A stretch of 63,979 nucleotides of DNA, filler included, from Rhabdomonas costata (lineage: Eukaryota), in assembly GCA_019059605.1 (NCBI GenBank). It is 49 parts of 49 records of this genome, joined end to end, with 100 filler letters (N's around TTAATTAATTAA, not from the genome) between each part and the next. Parts side by side here need not be neighbours in the genome. Positions count along the whole stretch, not along the records: positions 11,769 to 12,976 come from JAHMHO010023569.1; positions 13,077 to 14,284 come from JAHMHO010023570.1; positions 14,385 to 15,592 come from JAHMHO010023571.1; positions 15,693 to 16,900 come from JAHMHO010023572.1; positions 17,001 to 18,208 come from JAHMHO010023573.1; positions 18,309 to 19,516 come from JAHMHO010023574.1; positions 19,617 to 20,823 come from JAHMHO010023575.1; positions 20,924 to 22,131 come from JAHMHO010023576.1; 41 more parts are not named here. One strand, written 5' to 3'. Of the stretch, positions 12,901 to 26,156 are shown piece by piece. The notes under the pieces are model-generated. The model was given only the letters and a program-made list of their open reading frames with translations, was not told the origin of the DNA and searched no databases. The position numbers and the translations under genes were made by a program. Position 1 is the first letter of the stretch, and each line of letters begins with the position of its first letter.

Positions 12901-12950
12901 GTGTGAGTGAGTGAGTGAGTGAGTGAGTGAGTGAGTGTGTGTGTGTGTGT
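12901..12950 (+). repeat. (GAGT)n/(GT)n microsatellite at an intron 5' end
   Basis: gtgtgagtgagtgagt...gtgtgtgt visible directly. Confidence 0.9.
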
Positions 12951-15789
12951 GAGGGCCCCGCCCTCAAAAAAAAAAANNNNNNNNNNNNNNNNNNNNNNNN
13001 NNNNNNNNNNNNNNNNNNNNTTAATTAATTAANNNNNNNNNNNNNNNNNNNNNNNNNNNNNNNNNNNNNNNNNNNNTTGTGTTTTGAGGGTTGCAGTTTG
13101 CTTTCGCACCACCACCACTGCGCTCTACAAACTGCAACCCTCAAAACAGAACGCAGACGCAAACCTTCTGATTGACTCCCAATTGGTCCTAACCCCAGGG
13201 GGTTGGCGAAGCTACAAGAGTTGGTCGCTGGCTTAACAGTGTAGCGGGGGCATTGCGCTGCTTGGTATGGGGTAATGTTGTATTTTGGAGTTGCCGGCGT
13301 GGTCTGGGGAAGCCGTGGGATTCATCCCGCATTGTGTGGCGCAACGTAGTTCTCGTGCACGCCGTGGTGTGGGGCCCGGACCGCCGCCTGAAGCACCTGG
13401 TGCGCAAGAACATGGTGGGCCACCACCGCCGAGCTGCGCTGAGCCACCTGATGTTCTCGATGTCGGTCGCCTCGTTGATCTTCGGAGGGGTCTCCATGGC
13501 CCTGCTCACCTCCGCCATCACAGGAGAGGTCGCGCTTCCCACCCACTGGCCTCTATTTTCTGAGCTGCCCGCCCCAAGGACAGAGTGGCCACTTTCCACA
13601 AAACCGACCCACAACCTTTTTTTACTCGCGTGGCGGGCTTCTGAGGATCGTAGCTAGTTTTTTTGTCTTTTTATTCGTGCCTTGCCTCATTACCTTGCGA
13701 AGGTAGGGAAGCGTGAGGAGTAGTTTTTCACAGCAAACGTGTTGGATCGAATCTTTCTCCTATCTTCCTTTTGACATCCGCAGCCCACGTTGATATGCGC
13801 GTTTGTGGCCCCGAGTCGAATGCGATGGGGCAGTTCATGTTTGCGGTGGAATTTCCGGCTGCTGCGGGACTCCTTAACTTTACCTCAACCTCGTGAACCA
13901 ATAGGTTCAAATCCTCAACGGGGCGGACGTCTCGGCGACTTCGCTGAGCTACAAGTACCCCGTGGAGCCTTCTGTGTGTGACCCACTGCTCGAGCAGCAG
14001 AAGTCCCTGGGCATGTCCCGTCCCGCCCCAATCGATCTAATGTGCTAGCCGATGGCTCTTGGTTGTTTTTGAGAAGCGCTGATTTCTGTTGAACCTTAAC
14101 ACTTTTTCCGCACACATACACGAACACAGGCAGACACGCAGACAAACAAACACCGTTGATTTCAGTCGACTACGAAACATCACCGCCCCTTTTCAGCTCA
14201 AGCACCACGCAGGTTAGCATTCTGGCAAACACACCTTCACCTGTCACCTTATGCCGCCGATAGGGATCTTGAGGGACACAAAAANNNNNNNNNNNNNNNN
14301 NNNNNNNNNNNNNNNNNNNNNNNNNNNNTTAATTAATTAANNNNNNNNNNNNNNNNNNNNNNNNNNNNNNNNNNNNNNNNNNNNGTTTGTGTGGAAGAAG
14401 TGGCGAAGCTAGACAAAAATCAGCAGCCATATTGAAATGGAAGGTAACAGAAGAACAGAGACGGGAGGTCCTCAGTTGGGAAAGAGAACCAGTCCTTTTG
14501 AAGCCAACACCGAAACGAACATAATTACTCCAAACAGCAGTGCGAGGAGGAGTATGGCTTCATCATCCCCCCCCCCAATCAGAAAAGAACGTGAAAAAAA
14601 ACTTCGTACACTGCTTGTTATCAGAGAAAGAAGCCGCGTGCAATACCATCCACCACCCATACAGGGAGTAGGAAGAGGAAGAGTTTTCCGAATAACTCTT
14701 TTTCTTCGACAAGCGATCACACAAATGCACGGTCATGCAGTCACGGTGTGAACCACACAGCCGGAAAAACTGAAGTTTCGCAGTCACACATATTATTCCC
14801 TGTGTTCCGGAACCCTCCCCATTTTTTTCACGGCCCGCTATGTCCTCTGAGCCGGATCCCCAGCGGCGGCGCATCGAGGAAGCGCCCCTTGGTGGGCTTT
14901 TCCCCCTGGCGATTGACGAAGCCCACCTCGCATTTGTGCAGCAGGCCTACGACCACGGGACTGCAGCTGCGCCAGGCCACATCCTCTCATTTCTGTTCCT
15001 ACCCAAGTCCCGCAACGCTCCAGCTCTCAGAACCGCTTCGCAAACGTCACAAACGTCGAGGGGGGCGTCAGCTGTACATAACGAACCGCGACTGCACTAC
15101 GACACTGCGCAGCCCCCACCGTGCAGTGCCTACCACTGAAGCTGGGCAATGCCCGCTTTCCGACCTGCAACTCATCATAACTTGCAGCCCACCTCCCTGT
15201 GACATCCGCACACGCCATCCTCCCATCCCTTCCGAGACCAACCCAGCCAGTTCCCCCGAACTCGTTGAGCACCTCCAATTACATCTCCAGCAGGCCAACG
15301 AACCACCCCAAGACCCCACCACACCCTTCAGAGTCTCGTTCACTGGTCAGTCGCCCTCGCCACGCGCACCCAATACATTTGGCAAATGGTCGTCTTCACC
15401 CGGGTCGACGTCTCGTTCTGCTTAGAGCAGTCCTCGCCTGTGGTTCAACCCAGTCTGGTTCCACTGCTTTCCCCGACCGACATGGGACACCGCACCGTGG
15501 CTAGCTCGGCTGCATTCTCTCTTTCACGTTCCTCTTTCGCACCTCGGAGTTCCGCATCCTCTTGCCCGCTGACCTGTCCCTCACCCATCGAANNNNNNNN
15601 NNNNNNNNNNNNNNNNNNNNNNNNNNNNNNNNNNNNTTAATTAATTAANNNNNNNNNNNNNNNNNNNNNNNNNNNNNNNNNNNNNNNNNNNNTGTGGGGT
15701 TTCGAAGTAGCTGCAGTGCTTGAGCAGGAAACCTCTTGCCAAGGTCGGACATGCAGCAGAATCAACAGCACGTGTTCATTACCTCACGA

Positions 15790-16133
15790 AATCGACCCGA
15801 CATGACGTTTCTGAGGTCGGGGGGTTCCGAAAAACGCGTTTTTATGCGGATTTGAGGGTTTTTTGAGGCTCTGGGGACGGACTTTTACTTTTGGTGCAAA
15901 AAAGCTTGAAAAGGGGCTTTTGGGGGTCGAAAAGGGCTTCAAATGGGGTGAAAATGAGGGAACTTAGGCCGCTTGGGTAAAGTGGTGTTTCGGTTGGTCG
16001 CAATAGAGGCAAACCGGGGGGAGGGGTCCCCCTTTCTCGAAGTAGGTGTAGTCCATGTTGGGATAAGGATGCACCCTCGTTTCGTTACGGGACCCCTTAG
16101 CGCTGCGCCCGGCGCGCAGCGCCCTTACTTGTT
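15790..16133 (+). mobile_element. Possible non-autonomous Helitron/Helentron-like 3' end
   Basis: Non-coding segment ending in the GC hairpin GCGCTGCGC-CCGGC-GCGCAGCGC (16100-16122), then CCTTACTTGTT. This resembles rolling-circle transposon termini. Confidence 0.3.
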
Positions 16134-16139
16134 GAATCA

Positions 16140-16605
16140 ATGGCTTCCAAAAAAACAGAACAGTTTGGGATTCATTACTTTAACCCGCACCCTGCGCACT
16201 TTCCTTTCTTTGTTGTCTATTTGCTTGGAGAATGCTGGCGTTGTTTGTTTTTAGATTGACTCGCATTGCGATTGTCAACGCCGACAAGTGCAAACCGAAG
16301 AGATGCAAGCAAGAATGCAAGAAGAGCTGCCCCGTCAACCGCACCGGAATGCTGTGTATTGAGGTTACGCCCACGTCGAAAATTGCCAGCATCTCCGAAG
16401 AACTCTGCATCGGTTGCGGAATTTGCCCCAAGGTGAGTCACTGCAATGTGCTTTGCGGTCACTTTTTGAATCCCGTATGACTGTTGCGTCGTTCTTTTTT
16501 TTTCCAGAAATGCCCATTCGGGGCAATTCAAATCATCAACCTCCCCAAAAACCTTGAACGGTTCACGACCCATCGTTATGGTGCTAACGCCTTCAAGCTC
16601 CACAG
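16140..16605 (+). CDS. ABCE1: ABCE1/Rli1 ribosome recycling factor, first three exons (16140-16162, 16255-16432, 16508-16605)
   Basis: [35 protein letters not shown]...[27 protein letters not shown]...[13 protein letters not shown]; Fe-S domain cysteines; GT-AG introns. Confidence 0.96.
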
Positions 16606-17107
16606 GTTTCTCCGTCGACCATTTCTTATCCGGTTCGGTGGGTCTTTTCATCTTTTCTTCCAGATCCCCACAGGTCACTCACTGCCCGAACCTGCGTTCT
16701 ATTCGCAGGGATCTGCAGACTTGTAAAAAGTCTTTGATTCGGGATTTTATGAAATTATTATGATATTTTTTTCTGGGATAAAAGACATAAATTACGAATT
16801 TTTCGGATATGTGAACACAAATGTCTGTCATGTGTTCTCAGTCGTCAGTCGAAAACATCCTGTCTGTGTCACTGATCACGAGGCTGCTAAGCAGGGGGAT
16901 NNNNNNNNNNNNNNNNNNNNNNNNNNNNNNNNNNNNNNNNNNNNTTAATTAATTAANNNNNNNNNNNNNNNNNNNNNNNNNNNNNNNNNNNNNNNNNNNN
17001 TGGTTTGTTCACCTTACCGTTTGAAAAGATGGATCCATAGGTGAAAGGGTTTTTGGAGAACTTGAAGGACCAGCCGCCGCCTCAACCCTTGCTTTTCTTG
17101 CCAATGG

Positions 17108-18175
17108 TTGTGGGACAGAAGCATGGGGGCGTCAGACTTTTTTGTGAGTTTGGATGTTGTGAGGGAGTTGGGGTTGCAGCAGTTTCCTTTGAAGCAACCT
17201 TTGACGGTTAGAGTGGCCAATGATGAAGAGCTGGCTGTGGCAAATTTTGTCAGGTTGGTGGGGAGGCTTTGGCCAATGCCTGTCAAGTTGTTTTTGAGAG
17301 TAATAAAGACTACGATTCCCATTGTGTTAGGCTACCAGTTCTTGGTTCTGGTGCAGCCGTTTGTTGACTGGAAAAGGCGATTGGTCAGAGTGGAACGGAA
17401 AGGGAAAGTCTTTGAGATACAGGCACTCCAAGCGGCAGAGTCATTTCGTATAACCTGCCCGCCGGTAAAAGGAAGCACAGTTGGGAGAGCGGCAGTCTTG
17501 GCAACGCTGGGGGAGTGAGTTTCAGCTTTAGCAGGGTAGAAAGACGAGCCGAAAGACTCTTTGGTGCAATCAGGATTAATGGACAGTAACGAACCAAGAG
17601 AAGTATAGGAAAGATCACCCACAGCGGAGGATCATAGAGCGCTGGCGAGAGCGCAGGAACCAAAGTGGAAAATTTAATCAATGAAGTTGATCACACGGTC
17701 TGTGTACCAGACTGTGAGGTGCATCCCGCACTGCCGGAGATACTGGAGCTGAACAAGGAGTTTTACCATCTCTTTCCAGAGAAGTTGCCAGGGGAACTCC
17801 CCCTTTGAGACCAACGGACCATAGGATTGATTTACTGCCAGAGAGTAAGGCTCCAGCGCAGAGACTTTACCGTATGTCACCAGCGGAAGATCAGGAGCTG
17901 ATGAAGCTGCTTGAAGTCGCTGCAGGACTTGGGCTCCATCGAGCCGGCGACATAGCCGTTTTCAAGACAAATTACGGGGCGTTACAGTTTTTAGTGATGC
18001 AGTTCGGGCTTTGCAATGCGCCAGCCACGTTTAAGAGAACCATGGATTTCGTGCTGCAGGATCTGAGAGAGTTCGCAGGAGCGTACGTGGACGACATATT
18101 GGTGAACACGGACACGGAAGAAGAAGCGTTGAGAGCGGTGTACGAGAGGTTGTACCGAGAGAAGTTTTTCTCTGG
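17108..18175 (+). mobile_element. Degenerate Ty3/gypsy LTR retrotransposon pol (aspartic protease + RT fragment)
   Basis: Protease-like MGASDFFVS...LTVRVAN...IVLGYQFL...VDWK. RT DHRIDLLP...YRMSPAE and FLVMQFGLCNAPATFKRTMD...AYVDDILV. Stops, frameshifts and an internal RT deletion are present. Confidence 0.88.
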
Positions 18176-18315
18176 ATTAGAGAAAAACTTCTCTCGGTAC
18201 AACCCCCCNNNNNNNNNNNNNNNNNNNNNNNNNNNNNNNNNNNNNNNNNNNNTTAATTAATTAANNNNNNNNNNNNNNNNNNNNNNNNNNNNNNNNNNNN
18301 NNNNNNNNGTGGTTT

Positions 18316-19295
18316 GTGGAGAAGATCAAGACTATAGGCGTGTAAATAAATTGTGTCTTGTGTAGGTGTGTTACTGGTTTTCCGACATCAAAACTAATCC
18401 TCGTTTTGTTCAAAGCAGTCAAACTGGCGCGCAGAAAGCGTCAAACCGGGATCTTACTTCCACTTTCTCAAATGAATGTGGACTGCGTTGTTTGCCTGCA
18501 GTCCCCACAAATGTCGGTTTTTGCGCACGACAACCAGCTCATCAATCTGCCATGTTTCTGGTTGTTTCTGGTCTCCCATACTGAATTCTTGAGACTCCAG
18601 TTGGATGATGTGGAAAGAAAGTTTCCAGCGGTGAGGACGTGTTAAAAATGGGAGGGGTTAAGCTATGCTGACGTATGCTTTTCTTCCCACTGCGCCTGTC
18701 TCCGTCCATGGCTCCGAATGTGGTTTTGGTTTCCGCACTGAGTTAGGTATGGGCCGCGGGGCTTTGTTCGCATCGACCGCAATCCTGCTCAGCTTGTGTT
18801 GATGTGTGTGGTACACTTTGGCAAGAGCAGCAGCAACGATCCTTTCTCGCCTTTCCTACCTACGGACCTGTGCGCTATTTCTGGTTCCCCCCCTTTACCC
18901 TCCTTCTGTGTGATCCACTTATTTTCTTGTTGTCGCGCCTCTGGTAAACCATTTCTTGTTAGCACATGGCCCAATAGGAAGTGTCATTCAGTTAAGAAAA
19001 ACCAGTGCGTTTTTGCCTTACCGCGGATGGCTTTTCAGTTGGTTGGAGGCTAACTGCAACTTTTTGGGCTGCAGGCGATGCCTACATGATGGTGGGCTTT
19101 CCCCGCACTTGCGCCTACCCGGAGTACTGCGCCGCGGCGGTCCGAGTGGTGAACGTCGCGATGCGAATGCTGGCCAGGGTGCGCAACGCCACCCTGGGGG
19201 GCGTGCCCCTGGAGCTGAGGATCGGGGCGCACTCCGGGCCCGTGGTGGCGGGAGTGATTGGGTGCACGAAGTTCTGCTATGACCTGTGGGGGCCG
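18316..19295 (+). CDS. Class III adenylyl cyclase catalytic domain exons (18316-18337, 19075-19295)
   Basis: VEKIKTIG|DAYM...LRIGAHSGPVVAGVIGCTKFCYDLWG; the Lys and Asp specificity residues indicate ATP substrate. Confidence 0.88.
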
Positions 19296-22200
19296 GTGTG
19301 TGACCGATCCTTTTTGCGTGCATTCTGCTTTTAAGCGTCAAGAAACTCTGGGGCATTGTGCCTAAGCAGTGACCCTTTTCAGCCACCATTTCGACGTTTC
19401 AATTTTTCTCCGTTTATGTTCACCTATGTTCACGCCGCTGGTCACACGTGCGATTCTTTCAAAAACATTCACTCGTCATGCAAATGAGCACCTCACCCCC
19501 CCAAACACACCAACACNNNNNNNNNNNNNNNNNNNNNNNNNNNNNNNNNNNNNNNNNNNNTTAATTAATTAANNNNNNNNNNNNNNNNNNNNNNNNNNNN
19601 NNNNNNNNNNNNNNNNTTGACACAGGTTGCTGTAGCCCTTGGCATGTTTTGGTCGTTGGTGATGCTGCTTTAGAAGGGTTTCCCAGATTCCGCGACGCTG
19701 CATACTGCAGTGTTAGCTATATTTGTTCTTGTGGTGCTCTGCTGTTGGGTTTCCACGTACCAAGGGCGATGCGTCCCGAAAGTCCCCTTTAATCGAAGCG
19801 GAATTCCGCGACATCTTGTGCAACGCAATTCGCACGAATCTTGTGGGCCGTCTTTGTGCCGCGGCCCCGACGCCTGCATATACGATCGCTACCACAATTT
19901 TACCCGTTCTGGGAAACTCACACCAACTTTTTCTATGGAGACCAGCAAGACGATGCAGCCATGGCATGCATGGGCTGATAATTTTCTTCGCTCTTCCTCG
20001 ATGACGGCACTTGTACTCACTGTGTGAGAAGTGTTTGTCACGGTGGCCTCTGGTGGTGTGGGTGCTTATTTGGCCTTATCGTAGAGCCCCCCCCCCTTGG
20101 AGAGTCCTGCCTCTGTTTTCAAGATGCCCAAGATGTCCTGCGGGGGATGCTCCAGGCGTGCGATGTGGGTGGTGGGAGCCTCGCTGGTGGTCGTCGTCCT
20201 GTGCAGTACCTGTGTGGAGCTACAGCCGGGCTGTCCCCGGGTTGCGAGAGCTGCGGGGGGTATTCGCCGTTCTCGGTTTTTTGTTTGTGTTTCGCTGCTT
20301 CTGCTGATGATGAGAATGCAATGTCGGTCTTTCTGTGGTTTGGTTTGTCCTGCATTAGATCAGTTTGTCTTTCCTTGAGTCGCTTCCAATCATTCGTAGT
20401 CCGTTCCGGGCTTCGACTGGGCAAGTCTGTTATCATGATTGTCTTCTGACGATGTGATTGGCAAGGGCAACGGCTGCGTTTGCCGAGGCCCCGATCAGAA
20501 GAGATTTTCGAAGGGTGAATAAACGTCAACTGGTAGGATGGACCTCTCACAATCATCCTTCCCTCTCTTTTCACACCGGTTTGGCCTTGGGTAGGAATGT
20601 TTATCAGGAAGACCCAAGTTCCTCGCGCACCACTCGTAGATAAAGGAGCTTCTTGCTCCGCAGCCGATGTGCCGGATGGACACCATTTCCTGTTGAAGCT
20701 TCTCCTGCTTCGAGCTGCCGCTCCATCTACACACGCGCACACACAAGGGACCGTGCACCTTTTGCAGGGATCGCGATCGTAGCGACGTGGTGGGTCACTC
20801 AAGTCCTGCCTAGCCACACCCACNNNNNNNNNNNNNNNNNNNNNNNNNNNNNNNNNNNNNNNNNNNNTTAATTAATTAANNNNNNNNNNNNNNNNNNNNN
20901 NNNNNNNNNNNNNNNNNNNNNNNACCTGAGCGGGTGGGTGTGACGCTCGTGCATCAGTGAGAGTGGCCCATAATGCAAGGAGTGAGGGCTCGTGTAAAAT
21001 ATATGTGAGTTCAGTGTGGGAAATGGACGTGAAAAGGTGGTTGTTTTGTGGTGTTTGAGTATTGCACTTCCTCAAAAAAATTCACACGCATAAAAGTTCC
21101 TGGAAAGGTCAAAATGCGTTAAAACAACAGCACGCAGTGACCTATATCCAGTAACACTATGTTCAGACACCCACGTTAGCTACCAAGGGACTCTACCCCC
21201 TCCACGAAGTAACTTCGCCATGTGAAGTGGTTAACTCAGGGCCCAGGCGTCCGCCAGCACATCACGACACGCCTCTACAGTCTTGAAAGCCCGCTTTCGG
21301 GCAAGTTGGCGAAGGAGCCGTTGCCCCGACTGACACCACGCTCCAATATTCTCTGCCACAACTGCCCACAGGTCCCACTGCCGCTCTACACAGAGCTCAA
21401 CGACCGAGTAACACAGACTAACTGCTAACACACATCGGCAAAGTGCCGCAAACACAGGGCTGCTGACCTCGAGCTTCTCGGCCTTGGAGAGCCGGGCAAA
21501 CTCCCTCTCCACGTTCTCCACGGCGACGGAGGCCGAGGGGTCCGGGATGGGGGTGGCCGCAGCCGCGGCGGCGTCATCCATGCCTAGGCCAAGGACAATG
21601 CGCCAATGCACCCGACCCAAATAACACTAGCAAACAAGAGCAGCATGCACAGGAGCAGCACCACCATTTCCACCATTCCCCAAATGCAGCCATTTGCGAT
21701 GTAAACATCTCCCATGTCAGGTGTTCCGGGGGTTCGAGGAGCTCATTGCCGACGACTGAATGGGCGTGCCACGAACCGAAGGCTCACAGATATCCTATAA
21801 AGAGGAATATAATCCGCGATACGACAAAGGCTGCCATCACTTTCATATCGCGGAGGTGGGAGCGCAAAGAAGGAAAAGAGCGAACAGCCAGACCAGGAAG
21901 AAGAAAGTCGGTGTCTTGGAGTTGGGTCTTCTGGTCCTTGTCCATCTGGATCGCCAGCTCCTCTTCCACCTCATCTTCGCAACCCAAGCAAACGCGCGCC
22001 ACCACACGTTCACTTCCTTTCACGCTTCCTTTCTGCTTCTGTTGCAACCTGTTCCTGTGGGTGGCAACAAGCGCCTGTGCCACATTCTCTCCATCTCTCA
22101 GACGTCGATTTCATCGCACACAACCCACCCCNNNNNNNNNNNNNNNNNNNNNNNNNNNNNNNNNNNNNNNNNNNNTTAATTAATTAANNNNNNNNNNNNN

Positions 22201-25032
22201 NNNNNNNNNNNNNNNNNNNNNNNNNNNNNNNTGTGGGGTTTGTCCCAGTGACTAAAAGTCCCCTGGAAACAAAAAGGTTCAGGAGTTCACGACACGAGCA
22301 AGAGGGAATGGAGTGCCGTCGAGAACCTCCAGGGGGCCAGAAGATCGCCGCAGGGGTCAAGCACAACAAGGGCAACCAACAAGAACACAAAAACCTGAGG
22401 TGCTGCCGGAAGGGAAGGTCCACTGGAGCGTAAGGCTGTGCTCTGGAAGACCGGTGCGGTTTCTGGTGCAGGTGAGCTCTCCTCAGGCCACTCCAGCTGG
22501 CACATGGCACAGGGACGGGAAAGAAAAGCGATAGAAACCCTTGAAAACCCCAAGCATCATGATGAAAATTTAGAACGTGAGCTCCACGTGCGTAAGGACG
22601 TACCATGTTAACTCGGAACTGAAACTGAAACCGCTTGACTGGGCTTAGAGACCATGCTTCGGAATCCCACACTGAAAACCATTTAGTGTGAGGGGTTTGA
22701 CAACAACAACCGCATTCTCTGATTCTCTGGAAGGAGAGGCAAAGAGAGATTTCGAAACAAAAAAGCAAACCGGAATCCAGCTGTCATCGTACACCACAGT
22801 CTGGACTACAGGCAGGGAGGGTGGGGCAGCGGGGGCCTCGACGTGATGCTCAGCAGCAAGAGGTGCCTGCCACACCACTTGAGGAGGCTGAGGCTCGGTC
22901 ATCGATGGCGAGGGACGAAGAAAGGCTGCAGCGGCGGGGATCGCCGGCTGCACAGCGAAGCTCACCATGGGCTCGGGTTGCGGGAGGGGCATGGTGACAT
23001 CGCCGGCGCCAACAGAAGAACAAGAAGAAGAGGAAGAAGAGGCCCATGAGGGATAGAGCGAGGTCGAGAAATTGGAGGAGGAGGTGGTGGAGGTGGCCGT
23101 GAATTGAGGTGGAGTATGAGGTGCAGAAACTTCCTGGTTTATTCCCAGAGGGGATAGGAGGGTGGTGGGGGCAGGTTGAGAGACGGAGGAGGAGGAGAGC
23201 AGGGTCCAGAAGCTCACGAGCTGCAAAAACCGCAATTATCAAATAACAAATATATGAGAGAAGAGGTGCAACGGGAGGAAGGGAGAGAGAGTGTGTGTTG
23301 GGCGCATTGCACGCTGGCTGTTGCCTGTTTGTCTGGTTGCTTGGTTGTTGGTGACCACTGGGGACTGACTGGCGCACGCGCTGTTGGCCACGGGTGCTCG
23401 CGAGAGGTGCCGTTGCAGCGAACGGTGCCGCCACAAACCCNNNNNNNNNNNNNNNNNNNNNNNNNNNNNNNNNNNNNNNNNNNNTTAATTAATTAANNNN
23501 NNNNNNNNNNNNNNNNNNNNNNNNNNNNNNNNNNNNNNNNGTGGGTTGTGAAGAGAGGGGGCAAGACTAAAAACAGGAAGTGTAAGAAGAATAGGAGAAA
23601 AAAATAAAAAGCACTGCAAAGAAGTGGCGCGTAATTTGGTGAAAGAAGCGTGGTGCGAAAGGTGGTAGTGACGGACTAACGATGCGGTACTGCTATTATG
23701 CAACAAACCGTCGAACACTGAAACCGCCGCAGCGGTTTGGACTCCACTCGGGCGCGATGGAAGACAGGGTCTCACCGGTCTCGCCACGCTTGCAGACCGC
23801 CCGTGTGCAATCTCAGCGCCCATGTGGGAATGACACTCATCGTTCCAATCGTCCCCTCGATGTGTCTGGTCACAATGAAGGGGGAGCGGGGGGGGGGCAC
23901 ATGTCCAAAAGGAAGGTTGTTTGCCATCTGGAGGTCAGGTGCACAAGGACTGGGCAGGGAAGGTGAACCTGCGGGCAGGCACATGGGTTGCGATGCTGTG
24001 CGATGGGTCACGAGTGTGATGTGCGTGAGAGTGCCTGCATACCGCGCTGGGCGGTACTGAGCGGTAGCGCAAGTTATAGGGTGAAGAAAACAATAGCGGT
24101 GTTAAAAATATGCCAATTCACATCCACTGAAGTGCATGCCGAAGTCCCACTCCAAAAAAGAAAGCTGCCATTGATCACTGCGAATGTCAAAGGTTGGCGA
24201 TCCCCGCCCCCCGACCCTTTCTGCAGGATCCAAAGGCCGCACCCTGTGCGCGGCATAACGACAGGTGAAAAGCCCCTCCCCCCAGCTGCATCCCCCCTGC
24301 ACCCACAGGGCCGTGGGGGAATTCGGCGATGGCGAGCTTTGACTCGAGTCACACGGGGCAGGCCCGGTCCATGTCCCTTTTGTCAGTCCTCGAACTTGGG
24401 CTTTCGGTTCTGCTTGGCCTTTGAGTCCATCCGCTTTTGGGCGATTCTCTGGTCCCTCTGCCGCGCGGTCTCCTGGTACACCACCACTTCTGGCTCCTTA
24501 TAAAATCAATCAATCAGTCAGTCAGCGAGAGAATGAGTACGACACACACAGCGGAGGGAAGGCGCATATGCACACGTCGCACAGGGCCAAATCGACCTGT
24601 TTTTGCGTTGACATAGCTGCATTTGTGACCACAAACCAGCAAAGGACCAAAAGGAGGCACAGACAGTCACTACAGAAGACACTCAACCCCGACACATGCC
24701 CGTTTCAAGCGCATCCATTGTTGACTGTGAACCACTGCACAGCACAGANNNNNNNNNNNNNNNNNNNNNNNNNNNNNNNNNNNNNNNNNNNNTTAATTAA
24801 TTAANNNNNNNNNNNNNNNNNNNNNNNNNNNNNNNNNNNNNNNNNNNNGTTGGTGTGTCCTGTGTGTCGCACCTGACTGTTTTTTGTCGCGCCGTTTTCG
24901 GCTTATTTGAAGTCCTTTTGGTTTGCTTTTGTTTTGAATGGGAGTGTTCGTGCATTCATTTGCTCCTACTTTTCTCCCATTTCTTCTGAAGTTGGACTTT
25001 GCCAACTACCGTATGTCTCTTTTCCCGGGAAG

Positions 25033-25893
25033 GTTACCCCGGAGCACTACACTTCGGCTTTCTTCCGGAGGACAGGTCCTGTGACGGCTGACCTCGGCTC
25101 CAAGGCACCTAACTTCTACATCTCGGGGCGACTGCTGGCCTCTTTGTGTGCCTCGCCTGTCTCTCACTCGCGTGGAATCTGATCCCTTTCGCTGAGTCTT
25201 GTATTTTCACTCCCAGAATACCCAATCGCCATTCTTGTTGTTGACAGCAGCGGGGTGTCTTTGGTGGGAAAGTGCTTCCGCTAGTGGCACTTGATGGCAA
25301 CGTAGCCCCCCGCATTTCACACATGGCAAACACACACACACACGCACACGCCCCTCATTCTAACATACCTCCGCCCAATATCGCAAAAGAAATACCTCGC
25401 AATCGCCGTTGCGGATGGAATTGGGCAGAGCGTGCGTTTGGCCGTGCGGGTGCCATGCGTCTTGGACCCTATGTCGGCGCTGACTGGGGTTATACTGCTT
25501 GGGTTGTTGAGCTTGTTTAGGGTGACAGTGTTGTGGTTGGTGATGTTGGCAGGTTGTGCGTTGATCCATGGTGATGCGTTGCTTGGCTCGTTGTACTTGT
25601 ATCGTTTGTGGCGTTCGGTGTTGTTGGGTCGGTTTGTGTGTTGTTACTTGAGTTAGCCCGGGTAGTGTGGTGCGTGATGTGTCGGTTTCTGTGGTGCTGT
25701 TTGTCCGGTTTGTGCGGTTGGGCGCAGACCGAACGCCTTGTTGTCGTTGTTTCCCCTCGTTCTCTGTGATAATGTGATGGGCTCGTTTTGCACAATCTTT
25801 TTTGTTCCCCACACAGTGTTTGACATCCTGCACTCCACGGAGCGAAAGAAGCTGGAGTGGATGAACCACCTGCTTCCTGCCGAAGCACTGTAG
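25033..25893 (+). CDS. Possible GINS subunit Psf3 exons (25033-~25146; last exon 25817-25893)
   Basis: GPVTADLGSKAPNFYISGRLL resembles the Psf3 segment VDL-x-x-x-x-P-x-FY-x-x-G-x-x-L. The terminal exon FDILHSTERKKLEWMN fits the Psf3 C-terminal helix. Confidence 0.4.
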
Positions 25894-26156
25894 GGCGCAT
25901 TATTCTGACACCGCTGACCGCCGTGAGCGGTACCAGCACCGATGCGGTGAAATCTTGCCTCCTTTTCATGGCCCCAACACATCGCTAGAATGTATTCGCT
26001 CCAAGCTAAGGAGCGAATGAGATACCCTTACAACTTTGCTCTGCTTACTACCAAACNNNNNNNNNNNNNNNNNNNNNNNNNNNNNNNNNNNNNNNNNNNN
26101 TTAATTAATTAANNNNNNNNNNNNNNNNNNNNNNNNNNNNNNNNNNNNNNNNNNNN

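Noticed and set aside
13895-13925. GGTTCAAATCC resembling a tRNA T-loop
   Set aside because: Only a 3-bp stem; no D-arm, anticodon arm or acceptor stem.
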